From the NCBI RefSeq assembly GCF_018398935.1, contig NZ_CP074694.1, forward strand, positions 2,340,001-2,372,000: DNA of 32,000 bases, in the 5' to 3' direction. This document shows, one piece after another, positions 14,214 through 22,964 of the stretch (within the stretch, counting starts at the first letter, position 1; the number at the start of each line of letters is the position of its first letter). The position numbers were made by a program, and so were the translations under genes. Under the pieces are notes generated by a model. That model had not been told where the DNA came from, did not search any database, and saw only the letters and a list, made by a program, of their open reading frames with translations. This DNA comes from Telmatocola sphagniphila (GTDB taxonomy: Bacteria; Planctomycetota; Planctomycetia; Gemmatales; Gemmataceae).

Positions 14214-14690
14214 ATGCGACGGATGTTTGTTCTGCCTGCTACCTTTCTTCTCGTTATGGGGGCAACTTCGTTCTGCAGCGTCGCCGTTGCTCAGAAGGAG
14301 GAACCGCCGAAGACCGGCGCAGAGAAACCTCGCTTCGAGGATTGGAAGTATCCAAAGGCTAAAGAGTTGAGTAGCGGTCAAGGCGCGGGCGGGTCTCATG
14401 CGGTGCTAACTACAACAGACGACTTGGACAAAGTAATAGCGTTTTATGAAAAGAAAACAGGGCAAACGCTCAAGGTCGATCAACCTGGCGGACAGAGTAT
14501 CAGCGGTGGTGCGGGCGAAGCGCGGCTATTCCAGGATGACTCGATACAGCCCGGCATCAAATCCGAGCCGCGACCCGTTGTCGTTCGTATCCTTGTCCAA
14601 CGTGCAACGAGTTACGATTTAACCCTGGTAATCAGTAAGGCCAAGGGTGAAGATTACACTCACATTGCTATGACCTATTTCTCAAGATAA
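14214..14690 (+). CDS. Small secreted hypothetical protein
   Basis: 158-aa ORF with a strong SD (GGAGG at 14201-14205, 8 nt before the ATG). Signal peptide MRRMFVLPATFLLVMGATSFCSVAVAQ. No family recognised. Confidence 0.7.
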   Translation: MRRMFVLPATFLLVMGATSFCSVAVAQKEEPPKTGAEKPRFEDWKYPKAKELSSGQGAGGSHAVLTTTDDLDKVIAFYEKKTGQTLKVDQPGGQSISGGAGEARLFQDDSIQPGIKSEPRPVVVRILVQRATSYDLTLVISKAKGEDYTHIAMTYFSR

Positions 14691-14957
14691 GTTTCCTTAT
14701 TTAAGCACGACCGGGACTTCCCCACTGAAAATGGACACAGATTTAAATCCATTAAGCCAAGTTGGGAAGTTCAGGGGGCTTGCTTGTTTTTGAATGAATC
14801 GAGTTTTTGATCTCGGCCCATTCTTCCGAAGTTATTGCACCCCCTTTTCGACCAACCTTAACACTTATCCGAAAAATTTGATTATAATTACTTCCTGCCT
14901 GTTTCGTGCGATTCTCTGCTGAATTTTTCGTCTCGCTTTGCCAGCCAAGAGACAACG

Positions 14958-17948
14958 ATGTTCCGATCAAGCGTCTTGTTCCTGTCGTTCCTCCTCAGTT
15001 GGGGGCTCCTCCAGTCTAGCCAAGATCCGCTTCTGTGGGCCGACGATAACAAAGAAAAAGCCGACGAAAAAGAGCTGAGCTTTAAAGATATTCTCCCACT
15101 ACTTCAAGCTAAGTGCGTTCGCTGTCACGGGGAGAAGATCCAAAAGGCGGAACTGGATTTGTCATCACCGACCAAAATCTTCCAGGGAGGCGAATCGGGC
15201 CCGGCAGTCGTTTCCCGGCAGCCGGACAAAAGTCCGCTCTTCGAAAAAGTGCATACGGGGGCGATGCCTCCGGCCAAGAATGAGCGACTTACAGCTGCAG
15301 AAGTCGAACTACTCCGACGCTGGATTTCTTCAGGGGCCAAGTCCGATTCTGAAAAAAATCGAGAAATCGCCAACGATCTCGCGGGCACACAGCATGAAGT
15401 CATTCCCATTTTACTTCGACACTGCATTGCCTGTCACGGTTCGCGTCGCCGGGAAGGCGGCTTAGATCTTCGTACCAAAGCGGCCATGCTCAAAGGGGGC
15501 AAGTCCGGTCCGGCGATTGTTCCGGGCAAGCCCGAGGAGAGTTTGCTTGTCAAGAAAATCCGAACGAGTCAAATGCCGCCGCGCGATCGGTTGCTCGAAG
15601 TCAGCTTAAAGCCGATTGAATCCTCTGAAACGGAAACTCTGGTCCGCTGGATCGCTGCTGGCGCGAACGAAAAAGTCGTTGAGCCGGATGTTGCGACAAC
15701 CACGCCGGATCCCCTGGTCGGAGAGAAAGACCGGAGCTTTTGGTCGTTTCAACCCCCTAAAAAGGTCGCAGTTCCCCAACCTGATCAAGCCGCTTTAGTC
15801 AAAAATCCCATCGATGCCTTTGTGCTACGAAAATTGGAATCCAAGGGACTGACGCTTTCGAAGGAAGCCGACCGGGCCACTCTGTTGCGGCGAGCGTCTT
15901 TCGATTTGACGGGATTGCCTCCCGAACCCGCCGAAGTTAAAGCTTTCCTGGCAGATACTTCAGCAGATGCCTATGAGAAACTCATCGATCGCCTCCTGGC
16001 CTCCCCCCGCTACGGAGAGAGGTGGGGTCGCTATTGGCTCGATCTGGCCGGCTATGCCGACTCCGAAGGCAAACGCGAGCAAGATCTCTTTCGACCACAC
16101 GCCTGGCGTTACCGCGATTACGTCATCCGCGCTTTCAACAACGATAAGCCTTATAATCGCTTCCTTTTAGAACAGCTGGCCGGCGATGAGCTGGTCGACT
16201 ACGAGCATGCCGCAGTTATAACGCCCGAGATGGCGGACAACTTAGTGGCAACCGGTTTTTTGCGGATGGCCCCCGATGGAAGTTGGGCCAACATTACCGG
16301 TTTTATTCCGGATCGTCTGGAGGTGATCGCCGACGAGATGGATATTCTCGGCTCCGGCCTGATGGGTCTGACGATGAAATGCGCCCGCTGCCACAGCCAC
16401 AAATTCGATCCGATTCCGCAGCGCGATTACTATCGATTGGTAGATATTTTCAAAGGTGCCTACGATGAATACGATTGGCTGCGGCCGGACATTCGACCCG
16501 GAATAGGTCCCGTCAGCGAAGATCGGCAAGGCGGCCGTCACCTACCTTATGTCTCGACGGAAGAACGAAAGAACTGGGAAGCGACCAACGCGCAGCTTCG
16601 TAAAGAAATCGAAGATCTTAAAACTTCACTAGAACGGAAGACGGCGACCCTAGCGGCGAAGTTCTTAGAAGAACGACTCAATCAGCTGCCTGAAGTCCTG
16701 CGTGCCGACCTTCGGAAAATGGTGGCCACACCACCGGCCCAGCGCGATAGCGTTCAAATTTATCTGGCCGGAAAATTCGAGAAGCAACTGAAGCTCGATC
16801 GCAATGCCCTGAAAAGCGTAGACGCAGCATTCAAGAAAGAAGTTGAAGCAATTGAAGCTCAATTAGGTACGCTGAGAGCAGGCATAAGACCAGAACAGCG
16901 AATTCAAGCACTTTGGGATCGGGGTATACCTTCGCCGACTTACGTTTATCGACGCGGCGATCCGCTTAACACGGGCCGTCTTGTCGGACCGGGCGTCCCC
17001 TCAGTGCTAACCGATGGTAAGACCCCCTTTGTCGTCACGGCTCCCTGGCTGGGAGCGAACAAGACTGGCCGACGACTGGCTTTTGCTCACTGGCTCACGG
17101 AATCCGAACATCCTTTGACGGCCCGGGTGGCGGTGAATCGACTTTGGAAACATCACTTCGGAGTCGGGATTGTCGCCTCGCTGGGCAACTTCGGCAAAAC
17201 GGGAACTTTGCCCACTCATCCCGAATTACTCGATTGGCTCGCTCGCGAGTTCGTGCAAACCGGATGGAGCATGAAAGCCATGCATCGGCTAATGATGACA
17301 AGCGCCACGTATCGGCAAAGTTCCCATCTCTCTCCAAAATTAATCGAACTCGATCCCGACAACCAACTTTACTCTCGGATGCCGCTCCGACGCATGGATG
17401 CCGAATCCCTCTACGATACGCTTCTGCTTTTGGCGGGCCGACTGGACGAAACCCGCTTCGGCCCCGCCGATCCTGTGCAATCCCGGGCTGATGGCTTGGT
17501 GATTCCTACCGGTACCTCCAAAGGCTGGCGACGCATGATTTACGTGCAGCAACTCCGCAAGCAGATGATTTCGCATCTGGAGAACTTCGATTTCCCGCAA
17601 ATGAACCCGAATTGTCTCGAGCGTCGCGATTCGACGGTCGCGCCGCAAGCTTTACATCTGTTGAATGATGGCATGGTGGAACAACTAGCGCAGCAGTTCG
17701 CGGCACGAGTAGCTCGGGAAGCCGGCGGAGATGCCCAAAAGCAAGTCGAGCATATTTATTTGGTCGCTATCAGTCGCCTCCCGAGCCAAGAAGAAATGAA
17801 ACTCGGCGTCGAGGCTCTGCATCAATTGGCCGAAGAGTGGAGCAAATCTGCCAAAAGCAACAAGAGCCCCGAAGATTGCCAGTCGCAAGCTTTAAAGACC
17901 TACTGCCATGCAATTATGAACTCCGCCGGCTTTCTCTATCTCGATTAA
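14958..17948 (+). CDS. PSCyt (planctomycete cytochrome c) / DUF1549 / DUF1553 family protein
   Basis: 996-aa ORF with a signal peptide. Two CxxCH heme-binding motifs: CVRCH at 15114-15128 and CIACH at 15423-15437. [11 protein letters not shown] motif from 16380. C-terminal NRLWKHHFG motif. This architecture is remembered from planctomycete and verrucomicrobial genomes. Confidence 0.85.
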   Translation: MFRSSVLFLSFLLSWGLLQSSQDPLLWADDNKEKADEKELSFKDILPLLQAKCVRCHGEKIQKAELDLSSPTKIFQGGESGPAVVSRQPDKSPLFEKVHTGAMPPAKNERLTAAEVELLRRWISSGAKSDSEKNREIANDLAGTQHEVIPILLRHCIACHGSRRREGGLDLRTKAAMLKGGKSGPAIVPGKPEESLLVKKIRTSQMPPRDRLLEVSLKPIESSETETLVRWIAAGANEKVVEPDVATTTPDPLVGEKDRSFWSFQPPKKVAVPQPDQAALVKNPIDAFVLRKLESKGLTLSKEADRATLLRRASFDLTGLPPEPAEVKAFLADTSADAYEKLIDRLLASPRYGERWGRYWLDLAGYADSEGKREQDLFRPHAWRYRDYVIRAFNNDKPYNRFLLEQLAGDELVDYEHAAVITPEMADNLVATGFLRMAPDGSWANITGFIPDRLEVIADEMDILGSGLMGLTMKCARCHSHKFDPIPQRDYYRLVDIFKGAYDEYDWLRPDIRPGIGPVSEDRQGGRHLPYVSTEERKNWEATNAQLRKEIEDLKTSLERKTATLAAKFLEERLNQLPEVLRADLRKMVATPPAQRDSVQIYLAGKFEKQLKLDRNALKSVDAAFKKEVEAIEAQLGTLRAGIRPEQRIQALWDRGIPSPTYVYRRGDPLNTGRLVGPGVPSVLTDGKTPFVVTAPWLGANKTGRRLAFAHWLTESEHPLTARVAVNRLWKHHFGVGIVASLGNFGKTGTLPTHPELLDWLAREFVQTGWSMKAMHRLMMTSATYRQSSHLSPKLIELDPDNQLYSRMPLRRMDAESLYDTLLLLAGRLDETRFGPADPVQSRADGLVIPTGTSKGWRRMIYVQQLRKQMISHLENFDFPQMNPNCLERRDSTVAPQALHLLNDGMVEQLAQQFAARVAREAGGDAQKQVEHIYLVAISRLPSQEEMKLGVEALHQLAEEWSKSAKSNKSPEDCQSQALKTYCHAIMNSAGFLYLD

Positions 17949-18028
17949 TATCGGCTCCAGACACAATCTGGATTGCCAAATGAGCATTGACGGCTGCCGG
18001 TAAGGGCGAATACTTCAGAGAGCAAACG

Positions 18029-19501
18029 ATGTCGAAATTTATCGATTCAGATTTTGCAAGCGCTGCTCGCCTGACGCGCCGGGGAATGTTTCAAAGTGTT
18101 TCCGGTGGCCTGTGCGGCGCCGCCCTGAGCTATCTCGTGGGAGATACGCTAACAGGGAGCGCCCAGCTTTTGGCGTCCGAGAAGCCCGGCGACCTGAAAC
18201 CCCGTCCACCCCATTTTGCTCCCAAGGCGAAGTCGGTCATTCACCTCTTCATGAACGGCGGCCCGAGTCAGATGGATCTGTTCGATCCGAAACCGGAGCT
18301 CGATAAACATCACGGTCAGGCCTATGCGGATCGGATCGCGGGAGAAATCGAGTTCCTCAAAGATGCCGGCTCTTTGATGCGCAGCCCCTTCAAATTTGCG
18401 AAACATGGTCAGTGCGGTGCCTGGGTTTCCGAAGCGATGCCGCATTTGGCCGGTGTGGTCGATGAAGTCGCTTTTATTCGCTCCATGTTCACTACCAATC
18501 TCACGCATGAACCGGCCGTTTACCTGATTCAAACAGGCAAAATGGGCCCCGGCCGACCCACTCTTGGCTCCTGGGTCGTCTATGGTTTAGGGAGCGAAAA
18601 TCAAAATATGCCGGCGTATATCGTACTGGATGACCCCCGCGGTCTACCGGTCAACGGCGTCGAGAATTGGCAAGCGGGATTCCTGCCACCGATGTTTCAG
18701 GGGACGCGATTTCGATCCACGGGTTCGCCGGTTTTAAATTTGAATCCGGAGAAGGAGCGGCCCAAAACGGTTGCAAATGCAGAAAGAGATTTGTTGGCAA
18801 AACTCGACCAGCTGCACAAGACCGAACGACCGGGACAACCGGTCCTCGATGCCCGAATTGCGAGTTACGAATTGGCTGCTCGGATGCAATTAGAGGCTAC
18901 CGACGCTCTCGATATTTCCAAGGAACCTCAATCAATTCGGGATATGTACGGCATCGGCCGCGAGCCGACCGACTCCTATGGTCGACGCTGTCTGATTGCC
19001 CGTCGATTGGTGGAACGCGGCGTCCGATTCGTACAACTCTACATCAATCAGCAGATCTGGGACAACCACACTTCACTCGCGAGTGAACTGAAATCCGCAT
19101 GCAATCGAACCGATCAGCCGACGGCGGCCTTGCTTCGCGATCTGAAACAACGGGGACTGTTTGATTCGACTCTAGTTGTATGGGGTGGCGAATTCGGACG
19201 CTTGCCGATAGCGCAATTACCTCCGGACAAAAACGAACGACAAGCCGGCCGCGATCACAACAAGAATGCGTTCTGTACCTGGATGGCCGGTGCCGGGATC
19301 AAAGGCGGCACCAGCTACGGTAAAACGGATGAACTCGGAATGGCTGCGGTCGAAAACCGGGTGAGCGTCGGGGATTGGCACGCCACCATTCTGCACCTGC
19401 TCGGCATGCACTACGATCAGCTTTTTTATGAACAAAACGGATTGAAAGAGAAACTCACTGGGGTTGAAGAGGCCCACGTGGTTAAAGGAATATTGTCCTA
19501 A
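18029..19501 (+). CDS. DUF1501 family (sulfatase/alkaline-phosphatase-fold-like) protein with Tat-type signal
   Basis: The track ORF starts at TTG 17987. I prefer ATG 18029 (MSKFIDSDFASAARLTRRGMFQSVSG, twin-arginine motif). Family-typical motifs: HLFMNGGPSQMDLFDPKP, WDNH, GGEFGR, GRDHN. It lies 80 nt downstream of its usual DUF1549/DUF1553 partner. Confidence 0.85.
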   Translation: MSKFIDSDFASAARLTRRGMFQSVSGGLCGAALSYLVGDTLTGSAQLLASEKPGDLKPRPPHFAPKAKSVIHLFMNGGPSQMDLFDPKPELDKHHGQAYADRIAGEIEFLKDAGSLMRSPFKFAKHGQCGAWVSEAMPHLAGVVDEVAFIRSMFTTNLTHEPAVYLIQTGKMGPGRPTLGSWVVYGLGSENQNMPAYIVLDDPRGLPVNGVENWQAGFLPPMFQGTRFRSTGSPVLNLNPEKERPKTVANAERDLLAKLDQLHKTERPGQPVLDARIASYELAARMQLEATDALDISKEPQSIRDMYGIGREPTDSYGRRCLIARRLVERGVRFVQLYINQQIWDNHTSLASELKSACNRTDQPTAALLRDLKQRGLFDSTLVVWGGEFGRLPIAQLPPDKNERQAGRDHNKNAFCTWMAGAGIKGGTSYGKTDELGMAAVENRVSVGDWHATILHLLGMHYDQLFYEQNGLKEKLTGVEEAHVVKGILS

Positions 19502-19521
19502 GCTGTCCAATCAAAAACCTT

Positions 19522-19559
19522 TCTCAGAACTCGAATGACTTAAGATTCGAATTCTGAGA
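19522..19559. terminator. Stem-loop between convergent genes, probably an intrinsic terminator (clearest for the minus-strand gene)
   Basis: tctcagaactcgaat (19522-19536) pairs with attcgaattctgaga (19545-19559): 15 bp with one mismatch and an 8-nt loop, gacttaag. On the minus-strand transcript the stem is followed by AAAGGUUUUUG. On the plus strand an A5 tract precedes it. It lies 21 nt after the 19501 stop and 41 nt after the 19600 stop. Confidence 0.6.
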
Positions 19560-19599
19560 TCGAGCCATTCCCTACGCTTTCGCGTTGAGCCCTAACAAC

Positions 19600-20658
19600 T
19601 TATCGTCCGACAAAAATCACATCCAAAAGCTGTGCCGGACGCCCCTCTTTGCTTTCTTTATTCGGAGCCGGTTCTCGAGTGATCAGAATGACTCGATCCG
19701 TCTTGGTATCCAGGGTACACGTTTTCGCTCCGGTCTTGGTTTTAACAGTCTCCAGGACCACAAATTCCTTGGGGCTCTTTTCCTTGATCACGCTGAGAGT
19801 TCCGTTGCCATGAGAGCTAAAGGCTTCCATGGTGCGAGGATTGAAAACGGCCCCATCGCTATTGCCGGCCAAAGGAAGCGTCGTGAGGATCTTGCCGTCA
19901 ATGGAGCTGAGAATAACACAGGTGGGTGTTCCTCCGCTGCCACCTCGGCACATCGCAAAAAGAATGTGATTCTTAGTATCGATGGCCAAGCCTGCCGGGG
20001 CTTTGCCCTTCTCGCCAAGGTCATAATGGCCAGTAACTTTGAGTGTTTTGGCATCGACGACGGCAATGTGGTGTTCGTTGGCAATATCGAAAAACAGATG
20101 CCCTTCGCCATCGGTTACCCCCTGCTCGACAGCGGCATTGCTACCATCAGGACCAATAGCCTCAATCTTTCCGACGACAGTTCCATCTTTGGAATCAACG
20201 ACGAGGACGTTCGGTGCTCGATGGCTGAGAATAAAAAAATGGTGGGTCGTTGGATCGAAGAGATAACCGTCGGCTCCCGGAGCTGGCAGAGTGGTAATCG
20301 CTTCGAGTTTCTTCGTATTAAAAAACGTCGCGGGATTTCCAGCGACCAATCCGGTGTGATTCTCTGGATCGACGGCAACGCCGTGCCCAGACGCTTTTTC
20401 CAAAGTTCCCGTCAGCTTATAGGTATCGAGATCGAACACACTAACTGCATTGCCGCAAGCGACATAAACCCGGCGATTGAGACTATCCGCGGTTACGTAG
20501 TCGATCCCTCCCAGAGCCGGGATCTGTGTGGTCGTAAGAATCTTATAAGGCTTGTCGGAAACATCCTCGGCCGGTGCGATCTTTGCCAAGGTCAAAAAGA
20601 CGGATAGCCCGAAAACTGATGCCAGCAAGAAGCGGAATTTTGTAAATCGCTTACTCAT
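19600..20658 (-). CDS. Secreted YncE/YVTN-like beta-propeller repeat protein
   Basis: The track ORF starts at TTG 20697. I prefer ATG 20658 (MSKRFTKFRFLLASVFGLSVFLTLAKIAPAED signal peptide, GGGGG SD upstream). It shows the repeated blade pattern typical of YVTN-type propellers: RRVYVACGNAVSVFDLDT, GHGVAVDPENH, HHFFILSHRAPNVLVVDSKDG, GHLFFDIANEHHIAVVDAKT, AGLAIDTKNHILFA, SDGAVFNP. The 340-aa plus-strand ORF 19585..20607 is its antisense shadow. Confidence 0.8.
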   Translation of the reverse strand: MSKRFTKFRFLLASVFGLSVFLTLAKIAPAEDVSDKPYKILTTTQIPALGGIDYVTADSLNRRVYVACGNAVSVFDLDTYKLTGTLEKASGHGVAVDPENHTGLVAGNPATFFNTKKLEAITTLPAPGADGYLFDPTTHHFFILSHRAPNVLVVDSKDGTVVGKIEAIGPDGSNAAVEQGVTDGEGHLFFDIANEHHIAVVDAKTLKVTGHYDLGEKGKAPAGLAIDTKNHILFAMCRGGSGGTPTCVILSSIDGKILTTLPLAGNSDGAVFNPRTMEAFSSHGNGTLSVIKEKSPKEFVVLETVKTKTGAKTCTLDTKTDRVILITREPAPNKESKEGRPAQLLDVIFVGR

Positions 20659-20730
20659 ACGTACCCCCTGGATGCCGATAAAAACGATGGATTTCAAAGA
20701 AGTTGTTTAGATAAAGTATGTCGTTTCTTC

Positions 20731-20752
20731 GTTTCACCTGTGAAGTTTCACA
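20731..20752. promoter_or_regulatory. Overlapping inverted repeats TTCAC-ct-GTGAA-gt-TTCAC (includes the perfect palindrome TGTGAA-gt-TTCACA), a candidate operator upstream of the beta-propeller gene
   Basis: gtttcacctgtgaagtttcaca at 20731-20752, 73-94 nt upstream of the ATG at 20658. Three half-sites alternate with 2-bp spacers. Confidence 0.3.
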
Positions 20753-21193
20753 CATTCTCGGAAATTTTATCTTCGCTTTATGCTCCCTTTATTTTCTCGC
20801 TAATTTAGTCCCCTCTCTTCACTCTGCTTAACCCGCAGCCCGTTGTTCCGTTCCCATCAAGTGAAGGATCGAAGATAGTCGACTCCTGTTGGTCAACGAA
20901 TCTGGATCTCCGATGAGTGGATTAAGGGCCCCGGATGGATCGAAGTCGAAATCTCTCTCGGAGCATGAATGTCCTCGCATCCCCAAGGAGTTTTTGGAAT
21001 CGGAACGGCGCGCGTTGAGAGAATGGGTGTGCCGCAAAAAACGTAAATTCGCACGAATATACGATTGATTCAGTTTTCAGTTCTGAGGACATTCAGGAGA
21101 CATTGAGTGACGATGTGAAATCGCTGTTCGGATGAATAATTAGGTTCGCAATATGTTTATAATCCTTTTATTGGATTCGCATGGAGAATAGAC

Positions 21194-21898
21194 GTGACAG
21201 ATGATTATTGGTCAAATTTTAAAGATCCTGATCCGATGCTAGCTTTCCTTCGGCACAAAGCGAGTGATCGCAAGTTTCGGCTTTTTGCTATCGCATGTTG
21301 GCGAAGAATCCTCGATCTTATACCAGATGTTAGAAGCAGAGTTGTTATTGAAATTGCCGAAGGCCTAATTGGAGGAAAATTTAATGAACGCGAACTGGTT
21401 CTTGCGAGGTTCAATGCTCAGGATGTTTTTGATCCTAATGTGAAAGGCGTTAATTTTGTTCAAGAAATTAATGGAGAAATCCGAGATGCTGCGATGGCGG
21501 CACACTGTTTGTCACTCTATGATTTTGTTTCGCTTGATGGAGAACCTTGTAGTCAAAGCGGACTAAACGTTGCTTATGGCACAGCGGATTTAGCTGCCAA
21601 AGCTGCATCTCGATCAAGAACATTTTCTGTAGAACGACAGGCTCAAAGTCAACTGATCCGCGACATCCCCGGTAATCCCTTCCGTCCCGCAACCCTCGAT
21701 CATCGCTGGCAGTCCACCAGTGTCCGTGACCTTGCCCTCTCCATCTACGACAACCGATCCTTCGACCAAATGCCCATCTTGGCCGATGCCTTGGAGGATT
21801 CCGGCTGCAATAATCGGGAGATAATCCAGCACTGTCGCGGTGATGGCCCTCATGTCAAAGGTTGTTGGGTAGTCGAACTCATTCTCGGGAAGGAGTGA
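21194..21898 (+). CDS. Hypothetical protein, paralog A of a tandem pair (variable N-region + conserved 81-aa Cys/His C-terminal module)
   Basis: 234-aa ORF with a GTG start at 21194 (GGAG 7 nt upstream). The start is supported by alignment with paralog B: MTDDYWSNFKDPDPMLAFL vs MTEEEWINSPDWQPLIQYL. N-terminal motif ASDRKFRLFAIACWRRI. C-terminal GNPFRPATLDHRWQS...MPILADALEDSGCNNREIIQHCRGDGPHVKGCWVVELILGKE. I remember this family from Gemmata-type and myxobacterial genomes; its function is unknown. Confidence 0.8.
   Translation: MTDDYWSNFKDPDPMLAFLRHKASDRKFRLFAIACWRRILDLIPDVRSRVVIEIAEGLIGGKFNERELVLARFNAQDVFDPNVKGVNFVQEINGEIRDAAMAAHCLSLYDFVSLDGEPCSQSGLNVAYGTADLAAKAASRSRTFSVERQAQSQLIRDIPGNPFRPATLDHRWQSTSVRDLALSIYDNRSFDQMPILADALEDSGCNNREIIQHCRGDGPHVKGCWVVELILGKE
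21653..21898 (+). repeat. Conserved GC-rich C-terminal module, copy 1 (pairs with 22412-22657)
   Basis: 81 codons + stop. 60/81 residues are identical to copy 2 by hand alignment. Line 21661-21720 is about 63 percent GC, against about 35 percent in the N-terminal part of the same gene. Confidence 0.85.
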
Positions 21899-21901
21899 TC
21901 A

Positions 21902-22657
21902 ATGACGGAGGAAGAATGGATAAATTCGCCCGATTGGCAGCCATTGATTCAATATTTATCCGGATCCCCGCATTTCAGGGAACGAAAGGTGAATCTCTAT
22001 ATTTGCGCAGGTCTTCGTGTTAACTGGAATCTACTTTACAGTAACTTTTCACGTGAGGCTGTAGAAGTAGCGGAGCGGGCAGCCGATGGCCGAGCCACCG
22101 AGAAAGAGATACATGACACACAATGGGCTGCAGAATGTCCGACTTTCGGCTTTGACTTCGATCCAGAATTTATCAGAAATCACAGTTATAATAAATCGAA
22201 CAACACTGAAGTGAAACGCTTAATAGAAATGGGGGTGTTCAAGGAAGAGGATATTCAAGGCAATAATCCACTAGGCGAAAAAAAAATAGTTGATCAACTT
22301 TCCAATTTAGCTCATATAGCCTATCACCTTCCTTATGAATCTAAGAACAACAATTTTTCTGACCATCTTTTAGATCATCTGCAACGCCAAGAAGAATGGC
22401 CGGGTGACTGGCTGGTTCGAGAAATCTTCGGTAATCCCTTCCACCCTGTAACTTTCGACCCTCGCTGGCAAACCACCACCGTCACGGACCTCGCCCGCAG
22501 CATTTATGCCACTCGTGGCTTCGACCAAATGCCCATCCTGGCCGATGCCCTCGAAGACGCTGGCTGCGATAACCAAGAGATCTTGACCCATTGTCGCGGC
22601 GACGGCTCTCATGTCAAGGGTTGCTGGGTCGTGGACCTCATTCTGGGAAAGGAGTAA
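21902..22657 (+). CDS. Hypothetical protein, paralog B of the tandem pair
   Basis: 251-aa ORF. Its ATG is 3 nt after the paralog A stop, with AAGGAG 6 nt upstream. C-terminal GNPFHPVTFDPRWQT...MPILADALEDAGCDNQEILTHCRGDGSHVKGCWVVDLILGKE. Confidence 0.8.
   Translation: MTEEEWINSPDWQPLIQYLSGSPHFRERKVNLYICAGLRVNWNLLYSNFSREAVEVAERAADGRATEKEIHDTQWAAECPTFGFDFDPEFIRNHSYNKSNNTEVKRLIEMGVFKEEDIQGNNPLGEKKIVDQLSNLAHIAYHLPYESKNNNFSDHLLDHLQRQEEWPGDWLVREIFGNPFHPVTFDPRWQTTTVTDLARSIYATRGFDQMPILADALEDAGCDNQEILTHCRGDGSHVKGCWVVDLILGKE
22412..22657 (+). repeat. Conserved GC-rich C-terminal module, copy 2
   Basis: See copy 1. Both copies end ...GCWVV[ED]LILGKE-stop. Confidence 0.85.
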
Positions 22658-22964
22658 CCAACGAATTGCGACAAACGCCGGTGATCCTGGATGTGAGTGG
22701 TGTGAATTCTATCGTCGCTGATCCGGTTTGGGATCGCCTCCAAGGAGGGCTCAGTGCATTATTTTTCAAATGCGACTAGCGACAGACTTACACACTGATC
22801 TATTCGTTGAACTGAATCAACTGTCCAGAAAGTAGTTAAATGAGCGGGAACGGGCAAGCCTCTGCTCGACATCTCTTCGATCTAGGTCGATCTTCCCGAA
22901 GACGATTTCGCAAAGGCTTGCATTGCTAAGTTGATGTTGAAAGAGGCGCCGAGCCTGCCAAGTG

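Noticed and set aside
19585-20607. 340-aa plus-strand ORF
   Set aside because: It is fully antisense to the 19600-20658 gene. Its translation is Arg/Ser/Cys-rich with no signal or motifs. The minus-strand product has a signal peptide and a clear beta-propeller repeat pattern, so this is a shadow ORF.
20739-20752. Reading TGTGAAgtTTCACA as a CRP/FNR box
   Set aside because: The half-sites match TGTGA/TCACA, but the spacer between the pentamers is 4 nt rather than the 6 nt required. I kept it only as a generic palindrome.
20913-21068. 51-codon plus-strand ORF (MSGLRAPDGSKSKSLSEHECPRIPKEFLESERRALREWVCRKKRKFARIYD) in the gap before the tandem paralogs
   Set aside because: It is below any sensible length threshold, has no Shine-Dalgarno upstream and matches no recognisable family. 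It could be a real small basic protein or a gene remnant, but I cannot support it from sequence alone.
22806-22821. GTTGA-actgaa-TCAAC inverted repeat between the convergent paralog B and OMF genes
   Set aside because: It has only 5-bp arms, an AT-rich stem and no U-tract. That is not enough for a terminator call.
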